Shown one piece after another: positions 9,034 to 18,300 of a stretch of DNA of 37,996 nt (positions are counted from its first letter, which is position 1; each line of letters opens with the position of its first letter). Origin of the DNA: Candidatus Hadarchaeota archaeon (GTDB lineage Archaea > Hadarchaeota > Hadarchaeia > Hadarchaeales > JAWBSP01). The translations under genes and the position numbers were made by a program. The notes beneath the pieces were generated by a model, which saw only the letters and a list, made by a program, of their open reading frames with translations, was not told the origin of the DNA and searched no databases. The stretch lies in NCBI GenBank assembly GCA_964474885.1, contig CAYYWO010000010.1, positions 1 to 37,996 of the forward strand, in the 5' to 3' direction.

Positions 9034-9777
9034 TCAGGAGAGGCTCACAACCCGGTACTCTCCCTTCTTGAGGTCGGCCAACGCCGCCGCCTTCTCCTCA
9101 GCATCCTTCAGGCTGCCGATCTCGTCGATTAGGCCCTTGTCGAGCGCATCTATCCCGAAGTACACCTCACCCTTCCGTAAGTTCTCGAGATCCAATATCC
9201 CCGGTCTGTTCATCAGTATCCTGTTCATAAGCTCGTCCATGTAAGCATCAACGAGCTCCTGCAGGTACTCGTTCTCCTCAGGTGTGGGTCCCCTGTATTC
9301 AGCACCTATATCCTTCATCTCCCCCGACTTCCACACGTACCATTTAATTCCTCGCTCCTTGTAATAGTTCTCATAGCTGACCCATATCGCTATCACACCA
9401 AGCCCTCCTGTAGCTGTGTAATCGTAGGCATATATGTAGCTGGAGGCGCTAGCCAGCAAGTAAGCTCCGGACGTTGCATACTGCCCAAGCGAGACCACCA
9501 CCGGTTTGTGCTGGTTGAGCTCCCTGAATGCTCTTTCGGTCTGGAAACACGCTTGGACGGTTCCACCTGGACTGTCGATGAAAAGGACCACTGCTTTGAT
9601 GGAGTCATCCTCTAGTGCTTTGTGGGCGAGATCGGTGTACTTGTAAAAGTTCTCGATTGCCCCCTCCACGCGGATGAGAGCAATTTTCGGCATGCTTGCA
9701 TGGTAGTAGTAGAAACACCCTCCTGCCACCGCAAATAGGGCCAAGATTAGAGCGTAAAGGGGCCTGAGTTCCATCAA
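9034..9777 (-). CDS. sppA: S49-family signal peptide peptidase (SppA, short form)
   Basis: N-terminal hydrophobic anchor, IDSPGG, ATSGAYLLAS (catalytic Ser), SGEMKD (catalytic Lys), GLIDEIG. Confidence 0.9.
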   Translation of the reverse strand: MMELRPLYALILALFAVAGGCFYYYHASMPKIALIRVEGAIENFYKYTDLAHKALEDDSIKAVVLFIDSPGGTVQACFQTERAFRELNQHKPVVVSLGQYATSGAYLLASASSYIYAYDYTATGGLGVIAIWVSYENYYKERGIKWYVWKSGEMKDIGAEYRGPTPEENEYLQELVDAYMDELMNRILMNRPGILDLENLRKGEVYFGIDALDKGLIDEIGSLKDAEEKAAALADLKKGEYRVVSLS

Positions 9778-9822
9778 AAACTTGGGGCCCTTGTATTAAT
9801 TGGGGACCCCCGATTAGATTGG

Positions 9823-11091
9823 ATGCTCATCTCGGAAGCGAAGAATGGGAAGCTGACTGAGGAGATGGTGCAGGTTGCGCGGGCAGAGGGCGTGGAACCG
9901 GAGCGCATAAGACGAGGCTTGGCTTCGGGACGCATTGTGATACCTCACGACGTGAAGAGGAGAATAGTTCTGAAGGGGATTGGGGAGGGCCTCTCCGTCA
10001 AGGTCAACGCGAATGTCGGCACCTCCTTCGACTATCAGAACGTAGACGAAGAAGTGCAGAAGGCAAGAGTGGCTGTCCAGTACGGGGCGGATACGGTAAT
10101 GGATCTGAGCACGGGCGGGAACCTAGATGCTGTGAGGAGACGCATCCTGGAGGAGGTGAATCTCCCCGTGGGCACGGTCCCGGTGTATCAGGCATTCATA
10201 GATCACGTGAAATCCTCATTTGCGGATGTCAGCTCGGATGACATCTTCAACACCATCAGAAGACATGCGCAGGACGGCGTGGATTTCGTTACCGTCCACT
10301 GCGGGGTCACGCAGGAGCTCGTCCAAAAGCTCAGGCAGAGGGACAGGATCTTGGGTATGGTCAGCCGTGGAGGCGGTTTTCTGGCGGCCTGGATCGTCGA
10401 AACCGGAAAGGAAAATCCCCTCTTCGCCGAGTTCGATTACCTGTTGGAGGTAGCCTCCGAGTTCGACCTCACGCTGAGCCTGGGCGACGGTTTCAGGCCA
10501 GGATGCCTGGCGGATGCAACGGACGAACTCCAGATAGGGGAGCTCCTGACGATGGGGAGACTCGTGAAGCGCGCCAGGCAGAAAAATGTGCAGGTCATTG
10601 TGGAGGGCCCTGGGCACGTCCCCCTAAGTCAGATAGAGGCGAACGTGAAGCTGGAGAAAGCCGTGTGCGATGGCGCCCCCTTCTACGTCTTGGGTCCCCT
10701 GCCCACGGACATAGCGGCCGGCTACGATCACATAGCGGCAGCCATAGGCGGTGCGCTCGCGGCCGCCGCAGGTGCGGATTTCCTCTGCTATGTCACACCT
10801 AGTGAGCACTTGGGCTTGCCGACGGTAGAGGATGTCAGGGAGGGTGTGATCGCCGCCAAGATAGCAGCCAGGGCGGCGGACCTCGCCCGCGGGATAGGCA
10901 CCGAGAGAGATCTCCAGATTTCCGTCGCGAGGAGGGATCTAGACTGGGAAAAGCAGATCGAGCTCTCGATCGACCCTCAGAGGGCACGCGAATACAGGAA
11001 GAAGAGGCCCCCCTTGGCGGATCCGAAAACCTGCAGCATGTGCTCCAAGTTCTGCGTCCTCAAGCTGTTGTTTAAGGTGCTGGGTCAATGA
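9823..11091 (+). CDS. thiC: Phosphomethylpyrimidine synthase ThiC (or close ThiC-family paralog)
   Basis: KVNANVGTS, DTVMDLSTGG, GTVPVYQ, VSRGG, SLGDGFRPG, EGPGH, YVTPSEHL, C-terminal CSMCSKFC. Confidence 0.92.
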   Translation: MLISEAKNGKLTEEMVQVARAEGVEPERIRRGLASGRIVIPHDVKRRIVLKGIGEGLSVKVNANVGTSFDYQNVDEEVQKARVAVQYGADTVMDLSTGGNLDAVRRRILEEVNLPVGTVPVYQAFIDHVKSSFADVSSDDIFNTIRRHAQDGVDFVTVHCGVTQELVQKLRQRDRILGMVSRGGGFLAAWIVETGKENPLFAEFDYLLEVASEFDLTLSLGDGFRPGCLADATDELQIGELLTMGRLVKRARQKNVQVIVEGPGHVPLSQIEANVKLEKAVCDGAPFYVLGPLPTDIAAGYDHIAAAIGGALAAAAGADFLCYVTPSEHLGLPTVEDVREGVIAAKIAARAADLARGIGTERDLQISVARRDLDWEKQIELSIDPQRAREYRKKRPPLADPKTCSMCSKFCVLKLLFKVLGQ

Positions 11092-12158
11092 AGCTCTTCA
11101 CGGCGGGACCTGTAGCCTGCAGGCCTGAGGTACTGAGGGAGATGTCCTCTCAGATGTTCAGCCACCGGAGCAAGGAGTACCAGCAGCTCCAGAAGGAGGT
11201 TGTGGAGCGGATGAAGTCCTTCCTGGAAACGAAGGCCCACGTCTTCCTCTTCCCCTCCTCCGGTTCCGGGGCCATGGAGGCCTCGATAAGGAACTGTGTT
11301 TTCAGAAAGGTTCTGTGCTGCATTTCGGGGGAATTCGGGGAGAGGTTCGCTAGGGTCGCGCAGACCAACGGGAGGGAAGTCGTCAAGCTGGAGGTCCCCT
11401 TGGGGAAGCCCATCCTCCCCGAGCAACTGGACGAAAAACTCAAACTCCATCCGGATGTGGAGGCCGTGACGATCACTCACAACGAAACGAGCGTGGGCCT
11501 GATCAACCCCCTCAGGGAGCTGGCGAAGGTCGCCAAGGAACACGAGAAGCTCGTGCTGGTGGATGCCGTCAGCTCCATGGGTGGCACGGAGATAAAGTTC
11601 GATGCCTGGGGACTTGACGTATGTTTCACAAGCTCCCAGAAGTGCTTCGGCCTGCCTCCGGGCTTGGCGATAGTGGCCGTCAGCGAGCAGGCCATGGAGT
11701 GCTCCGCAAGGATGCCTAACAAGGGATGGTACTTTGATTTTCAGCTGTTCGCTCAGGATCACGAGAAGAGACTCTCCACCCCCATGACCCCTTCTATCCC
11801 TCAGATTCTAGCTCTGAGGAAGGAGCTGGAGATCATCGAGAGGGAGGGAGGTAAGGAGAGGAGGTTCCAGCTGTACTCCGAGAGGATGGAGAGGATCAAA
11901 CGGGGTGTGGAGGAGTTAGAAATGACCCTCTTCCCTGAGGCAGGCTATGAGAGCCCCACCATAGCTTGTGTAAACGCACCAAAGGGATGGACGGGTGATG
12001 CGATCTACGAAGGCATGAGGCAGAGAGGATTCGAGCTCGCAAGGGGGTACGGCAGGCTGCGGGAGAGAACCTTCAGGATAGGGAACATGGGGTACATAAC
12101 CTTCCAGGACATCGATCAGATGCTTCACGCTCTAGGTTCCCTGCTGAAGGGATCCTAG
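11088..12158 (+). CDS. Class V PLP aminotransferase (alanine-glyoxylate/serine-pyruvate family)
   Basis: FTAGP, HRS, SGSGAMEA, HNETSVG, VDAVSS, SSQKCFGLPPG (PLP Lys), FRIGNMG. ATGA overlap with thiC. Confidence 0.9.
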   Translation: MKLFTAGPVACRPEVLREMSSQMFSHRSKEYQQLQKEVVERMKSFLETKAHVFLFPSSGSGAMEASIRNCVFRKVLCCISGEFGERFARVAQTNGREVVKLEVPLGKPILPEQLDEKLKLHPDVEAVTITHNETSVGLINPLRELAKVAKEHEKLVLVDAVSSMGGTEIKFDAWGLDVCFTSSQKCFGLPPGLAIVAVSEQAMECSARMPNKGWYFDFQLFAQDHEKRLSTPMTPSIPQILALRKELEIIEREGGKERRFQLYSERMERIKRGVEELEMTLFPEAGYESPTIACVNAPKGWTGDAIYEGMRQRGFELARGYGRLRERTFRIGNMGYITFQDIDQMLHALGSLLKGS

Positions 12159-12164
12159 CAATTC

Positions 12165-13088
12165 TTGGTTCTAATTTTGATGGAGCAGTTCGTTCTGAGG
12201 GCGGGAGGCTCGATTTTAGTCTTCGTCACATGTTTCATCCTTTTCTTCCACCTCCTTAGGAGGTACACCATCCGTGTTGGGCTGATGATCCTCGTTTCAG
12301 CCTCACTTTCCCTACCTTTCCTCTTTCTCCTCTACAGATTTGATGCCTCGTTCTACCGTTCGGAAACAAACAAACTCCTCGATCTCCTCCTCCAGGATCC
12401 CTTGGGACTGGGCATAGGTTTGCTCACTGCGGCATGCGTCTTGGGGGTAGGCTTTCTCCTGAGCAGAGAGGCGTGGCTGGGCAGATGGCTCTGGATCGCT
12501 CGGAGAATCTCCCCAGTCACGTACAGGTGCTTGAGGCAACTACTGATTGGAGCAGTTTTCCTTTACTTCACTTGGTTGAGCCTCGACCTCGCTTTCTTGG
12601 TTATGTGCCTATCGATGGCAAGTTTTGCTCTCATGGAGTACTCTAGGCTGAACCCCCTCCCGACCTTTCGTCCCATACTGAAGAGTATGGCAGACAGGTG
12701 GATAGGCTCTGCCACTATCTCGGAGGTCGAGACCAAGGTTTATTTGCCCTCCGTCTTCTTCCTCGGAGGAATCCTGATAAGCCTCCTTCTATTTCCCGAG
12801 TGCCCCCTCCCCTCCATCGCTATGGCGGCCCTGACGGATCCCCTCTCTGGCCTAATGGATCAGGTTGGAAAGCTCAAGCTGGTTTACAGCCCGCACAAAA
12901 CTATTGAAGGCTTTATCTGCTTTCTGGTTCTCGGTTGGATGGTTCTCTATCTCCTGCACATCCACCCAGCAGTAGCTCTGGCGACGTCTCTGATCGTTTG
13001 TTTCTTCGAGAGTATCTGCGTTCGAGGAGGGGACAATCTCTTGGTCCCAGTCATGACCGGCCTCACCCTGCAGTATTTCTCCGGCTAA
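12165..13088 (+). CDS. Multi-pass membrane protein with a C-terminal dolichol/phytol (polyprenol) kinase-like domain
   Basis: Many hydrophobic segments; SPHKTIEG and DNL-x-V-P motifs of the CTP-dependent polyprenol kinase family. The true start may be ATG 12180. Confidence 0.65.
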   Translation: MVLILMEQFVLRAGGSILVFVTCFILFFHLLRRYTIRVGLMILVSASLSLPFLFLLYRFDASFYRSETNKLLDLLLQDPLGLGIGLLTAACVLGVGFLLSREAWLGRWLWIARRISPVTYRCLRQLLIGAVFLYFTWLSLDLAFLVMCLSMASFALMEYSRLNPLPTFRPILKSMADRWIGSATISEVETKVYLPSVFFLGGILISLLLFPECPLPSIAMAALTDPLSGLMDQVGKLKLVYSPHKTIEGFICFLVLGWMVLYLLHIHPAVALATSLIVCFFESICVRGGDNLLVPVMTGLTLQYFSG

Positions 13089-13109
13089 TATCGCGGTGCG
13101 GAGAATCGG

Positions 13110-13859
13110 ATGAGAAGACCTGGCAGACGCGTGAGGATTCGGCCACGCAGGGCGAAGATCATAGGCTTCTTCTCCTGCAAGGGAGGGGTCGGTAAGACGA
13201 CCATGGTCTCTAACCTAGTCACCCTCCTGACGGACAGAGGAAAGAAGCTACTGGCCGTGGATGCGAATCTGGGTGCCCCGAATTTAGGCCTGCACTTCGG
13301 GGAGCTAACGCCCAAAATGACTATCCACGACGTGATCTCGGCTGAGCTCCCGATCCAGCGGGCCATCGTGGAGATTCAAGGGGTCAACCTCATCCTCGGG
13401 TCTATCGCCTTTGAGGAGGATATCAAACTCGTGGATTTGGGGGAGCTGCTTGAGCCGCTCCGGGCAAGCTACGATCTGATTTTCTTAGACACGGCACCGG
13501 GGGTTGGCAGCGAGGTAACCATGGCCCTGAAGGCATGTTCGGGCATGTTCATAGTGACAAACCCCTATGTCCCAACAATCGCCAGCACCCTCAAAACGTT
13601 CAGGGCAGCCGAAAAGTACAATGTCCCGATTCTGGGGGTGATCGTGAACAGGGTGGCAGGGGAACCCTACGAGCTCTCGTTAAAAGAAATCAGGAAGGCC
13701 ATGGGCTGGCCAGTGGTGGGGATCGTGCCTGAAGATAAGGCGGTCACCGAGTCAACTGCAGCGGGCATACCAGTAGTCAGGTACAGACCCACTTCTCCAG
13801 CAGCCAAGGAGATGAGAAAGATGGTGGGGAAGGTACTCGAGAGGATAAGGAGGATATGA
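13110..13859 (+). CDS. minD: MinD/ParA-family P-loop ATPase
   Basis: Deviant Walker A KGGVGKTT, VDANLGAPNL, LDTAPG, GVIVNRV, IVPED, GIPVV. Confidence 0.85.
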   Translation: MRRPGRRVRIRPRRAKIIGFFSCKGGVGKTTMVSNLVTLLTDRGKKLLAVDANLGAPNLGLHFGELTPKMTIHDVISAELPIQRAIVEIQGVNLILGSIAFEEDIKLVDLGELLEPLRASYDLIFLDTAPGVGSEVTMALKACSGMFIVTNPYVPTIASTLKTFRAAEKYNVPILGVIVNRVAGEPYELSLKEIRKAMGWPVVGIVPEDKAVTESTAAGIPVVRYRPTSPAAKEMRKMVGKVLERIRRI

Positions 13860-14470
13860 AGAAGGGGTACAGGGTGCTGAGGGAGATCCTGCACCAGTAC
13901 TTCACGAAGGGGGAGAGGTTCTTCGTTCAGCAGGAGCTGGCCCACGCATGCGGTATAAGTTTGGGCACGCTCAACCCTCTGATAAAAAAATTGGAGCGCA
14001 TGCGCATGATCGAGTGCAGGCCTTTTGGTCTAAGGTTGCTGGATCCGCGCCGCCTCCTAGTTTACTGGGCGGCGAGGAGGGACCTGTTCGAAGATATCGT
14101 ATATTCCACCCACTGCGTTCAGGAGGCCGATGAGGTAGAAAGAGCACTCGTTGAGGCAGGTTTTGTTCTGACCGCCCAGTCTGGGTACAAGCGCGTGTTC
14201 GGAAAAACCCCTCCCGATTACGACAAGGTCTTGGTTTACGGGCAGGCCGAAAAGATTAGGAGGATCTATGGACCGAGGGAACTCGAGCCCAACCTCATCG
14301 TGCTCGAACCGGATGAACATCTGTACAGACTTTCTGAGCATGGGGTGGCACCGCTCGTTCAGCTGTATGTCGACCTGTGGCAGCTGGGCAAATTGGGCGG
14401 AGAGCTGAAGGAGGACTTGGAGAGAAAGCTGGAAGAGGCACCCCTAAAGGCACTAGAGCGGGTTAGGTGA
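13856..14470 (+). CDS. Winged-HTH protein with AbiEi-antitoxin-like C-terminal region
   Basis: QQELAHACGISLGTLNPLIKKLE HTH, LLVYWA and PLVQLYVDLW motifs. ATGA overlap with minD. Confidence 0.7.
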   Translation: MKKGYRVLREILHQYFTKGERFFVQQELAHACGISLGTLNPLIKKLERMRMIECRPFGLRLLDPRRLLVYWAARRDLFEDIVYSTHCVQEADEVERALVEAGFVLTAQSGYKRVFGKTPPDYDKVLVYGQAEKIRRIYGPRELEPNLIVLEPDEHLYRLSEHGVAPLVQLYVDLWQLGKLGGELKEDLERKLEEAPLKALERVR

Positions 14471-15328
14471 TCACTTGGAGGACAGAAGTATTTTCAGGAT
14501 TCGCGACACAGCTCTCTCTATGACATTCAACCTTTGTTGCAGCTTCTTGAGTTCGGTTGAGTTCTTCCTCTCTAAGTTTCCTAGAGTCCTCGAGAATTCC
14601 TCTCTCAGCCCATCGATTACGCTCTTCTCCGCCGACACTTCCCTATGATAGTTTTTGATGTCCTCTGCTAGGGCCCGGAAGTGCTGAATCTCTCCGACCA
14701 GCTTGTCGAAATCCGCCCGACTGACGAGTCCTTTCATGGATACCTCCAGCTCCCCCACGGCTTTCTGCAGGGGTTTTATGGTATCCTCCAGCCGGGATAG
14801 TCTGACTTCCAGATTTGTAACTTCCTTGAACCTACGCTGGAACTCCATGAAGGCTGTCATCACTTTGTCGGCAGCCACTTCCACCTGGTCTCTGATTTGC
14901 TGGATCCTTAGAATGTTGCTCCTCGCCTCATCGGACATCCCAATGACGGTCTCGAGCCCCTTGAACTTCGCCAAGGTTTCCCGGTACTCCTTCATCTCCT
15001 TGCGCAGGGAGTTCACCATGTCCTCAAAGGTCGAGAGCCTTGTCTTTATGCCCTCTATCTCGGCATCCCTCCGCATTAGGTAAGACTTGAACTCGTCCGG
15101 TTTGATGCCTTCTAAGGATGTCAGAGCCTTTTCTGCTTTCACTTTAGCGTCAGCACTCTCCTTTGCTTGGGCGATGATCATGGATCTCAGTTCACCAATC
15201 TTTTCCGTGATTAAAGTGAACCTGGCATCGTATGCTTCCCTTAATCCCGCTAAGGCCGTCACTCTAGCCTCCAACTCCCCAAGTCTCCTTTCTAACCCTC
15301 CTAGCTTTCCCTTTTCTTCTTTCGGCAC
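14471..15328 (-). CDS. Long coiled-coil protein (285 aa), function unknown
   Basis: Heptad-rich and charged throughout, no TM segment. GTG start 2 nt after the giant gene's stop. Confidence 0.85.
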   Translation of the reverse strand: MPKEEKGKLGGLERRLGELEARVTALAGLREAYDARFTLITEKIGELRSMIIAQAKESADAKVKAEKALTSLEGIKPDEFKSYLMRRDAEIEGIKTRLSTFEDMVNSLRKEMKEYRETLAKFKGLETVIGMSDEARSNILRIQQIRDQVEVAADKVMTAFMEFQRRFKEVTNLEVRLSRLEDTIKPLQKAVGELEVSMKGLVSRADFDKLVGEIQHFRALAEDIKNYHREVSAEKSVIDGLREEFSRTLGNLERKNSTELKKLQQRLNVIERAVSRILKILLSSK

Positions 15329-15330
15329 CT

Positions 15331-18300
15331 CTACTTACTCCTCCTGCCTCTTTTTTTCAGTCCCTTAGCAGTCTTGGTCTTCTCTTCCTCCTCCTTCATC
15401 TTGGCAAACTCCGGGTGTAGCTCTTCCTTCAGGGGCCTCTCTACTTCTCCTCCCACCTCTACTGGCACCCCCAGTATCTCCCTGTAGGCTTGGATGATCT
15501 CGGGCGGCCTCTCTATTCTTTCCCTTTCCCTGAGTGCCGCCATCTGCGCCCTCCTGATTTCCTCCTCGGGGACCAGTTCGATCACACGCTTTATGCCCTT
15601 CAGCCCATGCTTGGCGCAAAGCTCGTCCACTCTAGGTTCTAGTGAGTCCAAGTATGCATTGACTAGGTCGAAGGAGGCCTCCTCTAGCTTGCGCACGGCT
15701 AGGCCGAGTTCGATGCGCAGGTCGAAGACGTCCACTCCCTTCTCCTCCAGCTTCTTGAGCTTATACTTGATGTTCTCGATCCTGTCGTCAGCCTCGTAGT
15801 ATTTGTCGAGCTCCTCTGGTGAAAGTCTGAAGGTCGAGTGCAGAATAGGCCTGAAGTTGACGTAGTAGGGCCTACCCCTGTTGTAGTCTGGATTAACGAC
15901 CATGGCGTGCCCGATGGAGGCTCTGGAGACCGAACGCACGTGCTCTTCGCCGTACTTCATGGCTATCCTCTTCAGCTCGTTCTCCTCCCTTGTCCAAAAC
16001 TGGATCTGGGTTCTGCAGTTGCTCTGGATGGTCTCCGAGAAGTCGGCAATGGTCTGGGAGACGAGCATGACGCCGATGCCCCACTTTCTGAACTCCCTAA
16101 CAGCCCTTTCGAGCTGGACGACCCCCGCCCCAGTACCTCCGTACTTGGGCAGGAGCCTATGCACCTCGTCGAAGACTAGGAGCGTCTTCAGGTGCGGGTA
16201 CTCCCTGGGCTGAGAGGCGAAGATGGACTGAATGACATTGGTGACGAACACGTCCAAGTCTCCCGGCTTCAGGCGCTCGATCACGAAAATGGTTATCTTG
16301 CCCCTGGCCTCCTCCCCGATCAGCTCCTTCATATCCAGCTTCTGTCTCGGGTTGGTGATGAGTTTGACCACACCCGGGAAGCTCCTGGCATCACTAGGTT
16401 TCATGCCGAACTTGGAATAATGGGAGAGCATGCGCTTGTCCGTGCACTTGCGCAGGAAGCCCGTCCACTGGGCTGTTGGGTCGAAGACTATCGCATTGCA
16501 GCCCTTGAGGAGGGCTTCCTCGACTATAACCATGGAGGAGATGGTCTTGCCTCCCCCCGTGGCACCAGCCGTTATCACGTGCATCCTCAGGTCATCCAGG
16601 TTGAGGAACGCGGGCTCGCCCGTTTCGGCCAGCTTACCGATCTTGACGGAGTTTGGTCCAGGTTTCGGTAGCTCTTCTCTGAACAGCGTCCCGAGGAACC
16701 TCTTCCTCATCTCCAGCCGCTTCTTGTATAGCCTGTATCCATAAACTCCGGAAACTACGGACGCTATCGCGGCCACGATTAAAGCTCCGAACATCCATGG
16801 AGACAGCCCGAAGACTTTCAGCCTAGCAGTAGGCTCACCCACTTTAACGGGTGTTGAACCTCTCACCACAAGGGACTCACCGTTGATCGGGTACTCGGCT
16901 ACGGCGAGGAAGGTATACTCTCCTTCGAGCAGATCCTTCGGGAGCTGGCAGGTGAAGTCGAGGGTTCTTGCGTCACCGGCAGGCACTCTGATAGCCTTCT
17001 GACCGATGAACACGTTCTCCCCAGTCGGGTAAACCAACCACAGTCCTACCGTGACATCGGAGTCCATAGCTCCCTTGTTGGTCAGCTGGACTTGGACAGT
17101 GGTGGTGGCACCCGGTACGAGCTGATTCGGAGCTATAACCACCACATCGAACATACCCCTAGCCATGGGCAGGACGTAGATCGTAACTGGTACCGTCTTC
17201 ACGGTGGTCCCCCCGACGGTACTGAATCTTATTTCACCCGTGTGCACTCCCAGCCTCTCGTGGGACGGTATGGAGAACCTGAAGGTGAGCTTCCTGCTTT
17301 CCTTGGCTCCTAGCTCGAACTCGTAGCTGTAGGGAGCAGGCAGGAAGTCCTGGATTTTGCCCAAGATGTCCACTCTTACCCTGATGGGCTGAAACATCTG
17401 ACTGGTGACCTCCAATATCGCATCCGCCGACTTCTCCTGGTGGATCTGAAGCACAATTTGAATTGGTTTGATGACGAACGCCTCTTTCGGGGTTATGTTC
17501 TCCTGGATCATCTTATAGGCGGCTATGAGCTTTTCGTAAACAGTCTCTAAGTCCTCCTTCATGGATAGCTGGTAGTTCTCAAGCTTGGACACGCGCTCAC
17601 CAAGCCCGCTCACCTCTTGGGTTATCTGATCTAAAAGACCTGCAAAGTCCGACTGTGCAGTCTGGATCTGCTGAATGGCGTAAATGATGTCCCCGATCGT
17701 TTCTAGAATGTAGTCTACTTCGTCTTGGAGAAGCGCAATAGCTTCGGTTGTATTCTCTTGGAGTTCCGCAAGCTGCTTTTGAAGTTTCATGAAGTTCTCC
17801 TGCAGTTCCATCATCTGCTGCTGGAGTTCGATGAGCGTTCTGATGTTCTCTTGGGTCGCGAGACCGGACACTATGTTTTCCAAGGTGGAGGTTATCTCCT
17901 TCATGTTCTCGACAGCCGACGTGGCCTCCTCAGCGGCCTGCTGGAGGTCCCCCGCAGCCTCCTGCATGGTCTGGACAGCCTCCTGGAACTGGAGGATGGT
18001 GGAGGCGAGCGGATCGTACTCAGCCAGCACGTAAGCTACCTCGAAGTCGAACTCCTGGGTCCACGTGTTGTCCCAGGCCTGGATGGTGTAGTTGGCTATG
18101 TCAACCTTCCCTCCCAGGTCGATGAAGTCACCCTCCTTGCTCCTGTTGTCGTAGGAGTAATTGTCGGTCCTGTAGACCCTAAGCTGGGTCACGTCTTGGA
18201 TCCAGTACATCTGCAGGTAGGGGTATATGTCGAAGGTTGCACTGATGTTCTCGAAGTTCTCATAGAGGATCGGGTTGAGGCGCAGGGCAACGGTAGTTTC

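Noticed and set aside
9778-9822. TPP riboswitch or hairpin upstream of thiC
   Set aside because: The intergenic region is only ~45 bp and lacks the CUGAGA core; the short GGGG/CCCC tracts around TATTAAT are not enough to call an element.
15820-16650. Canonical HerA-NurA repair locus or a conjugative/proviral element
   Set aside because: No nurA, mre11, rad50, integrase, relaxase or capsid genes in the window; the neighbours are housekeeping genes.
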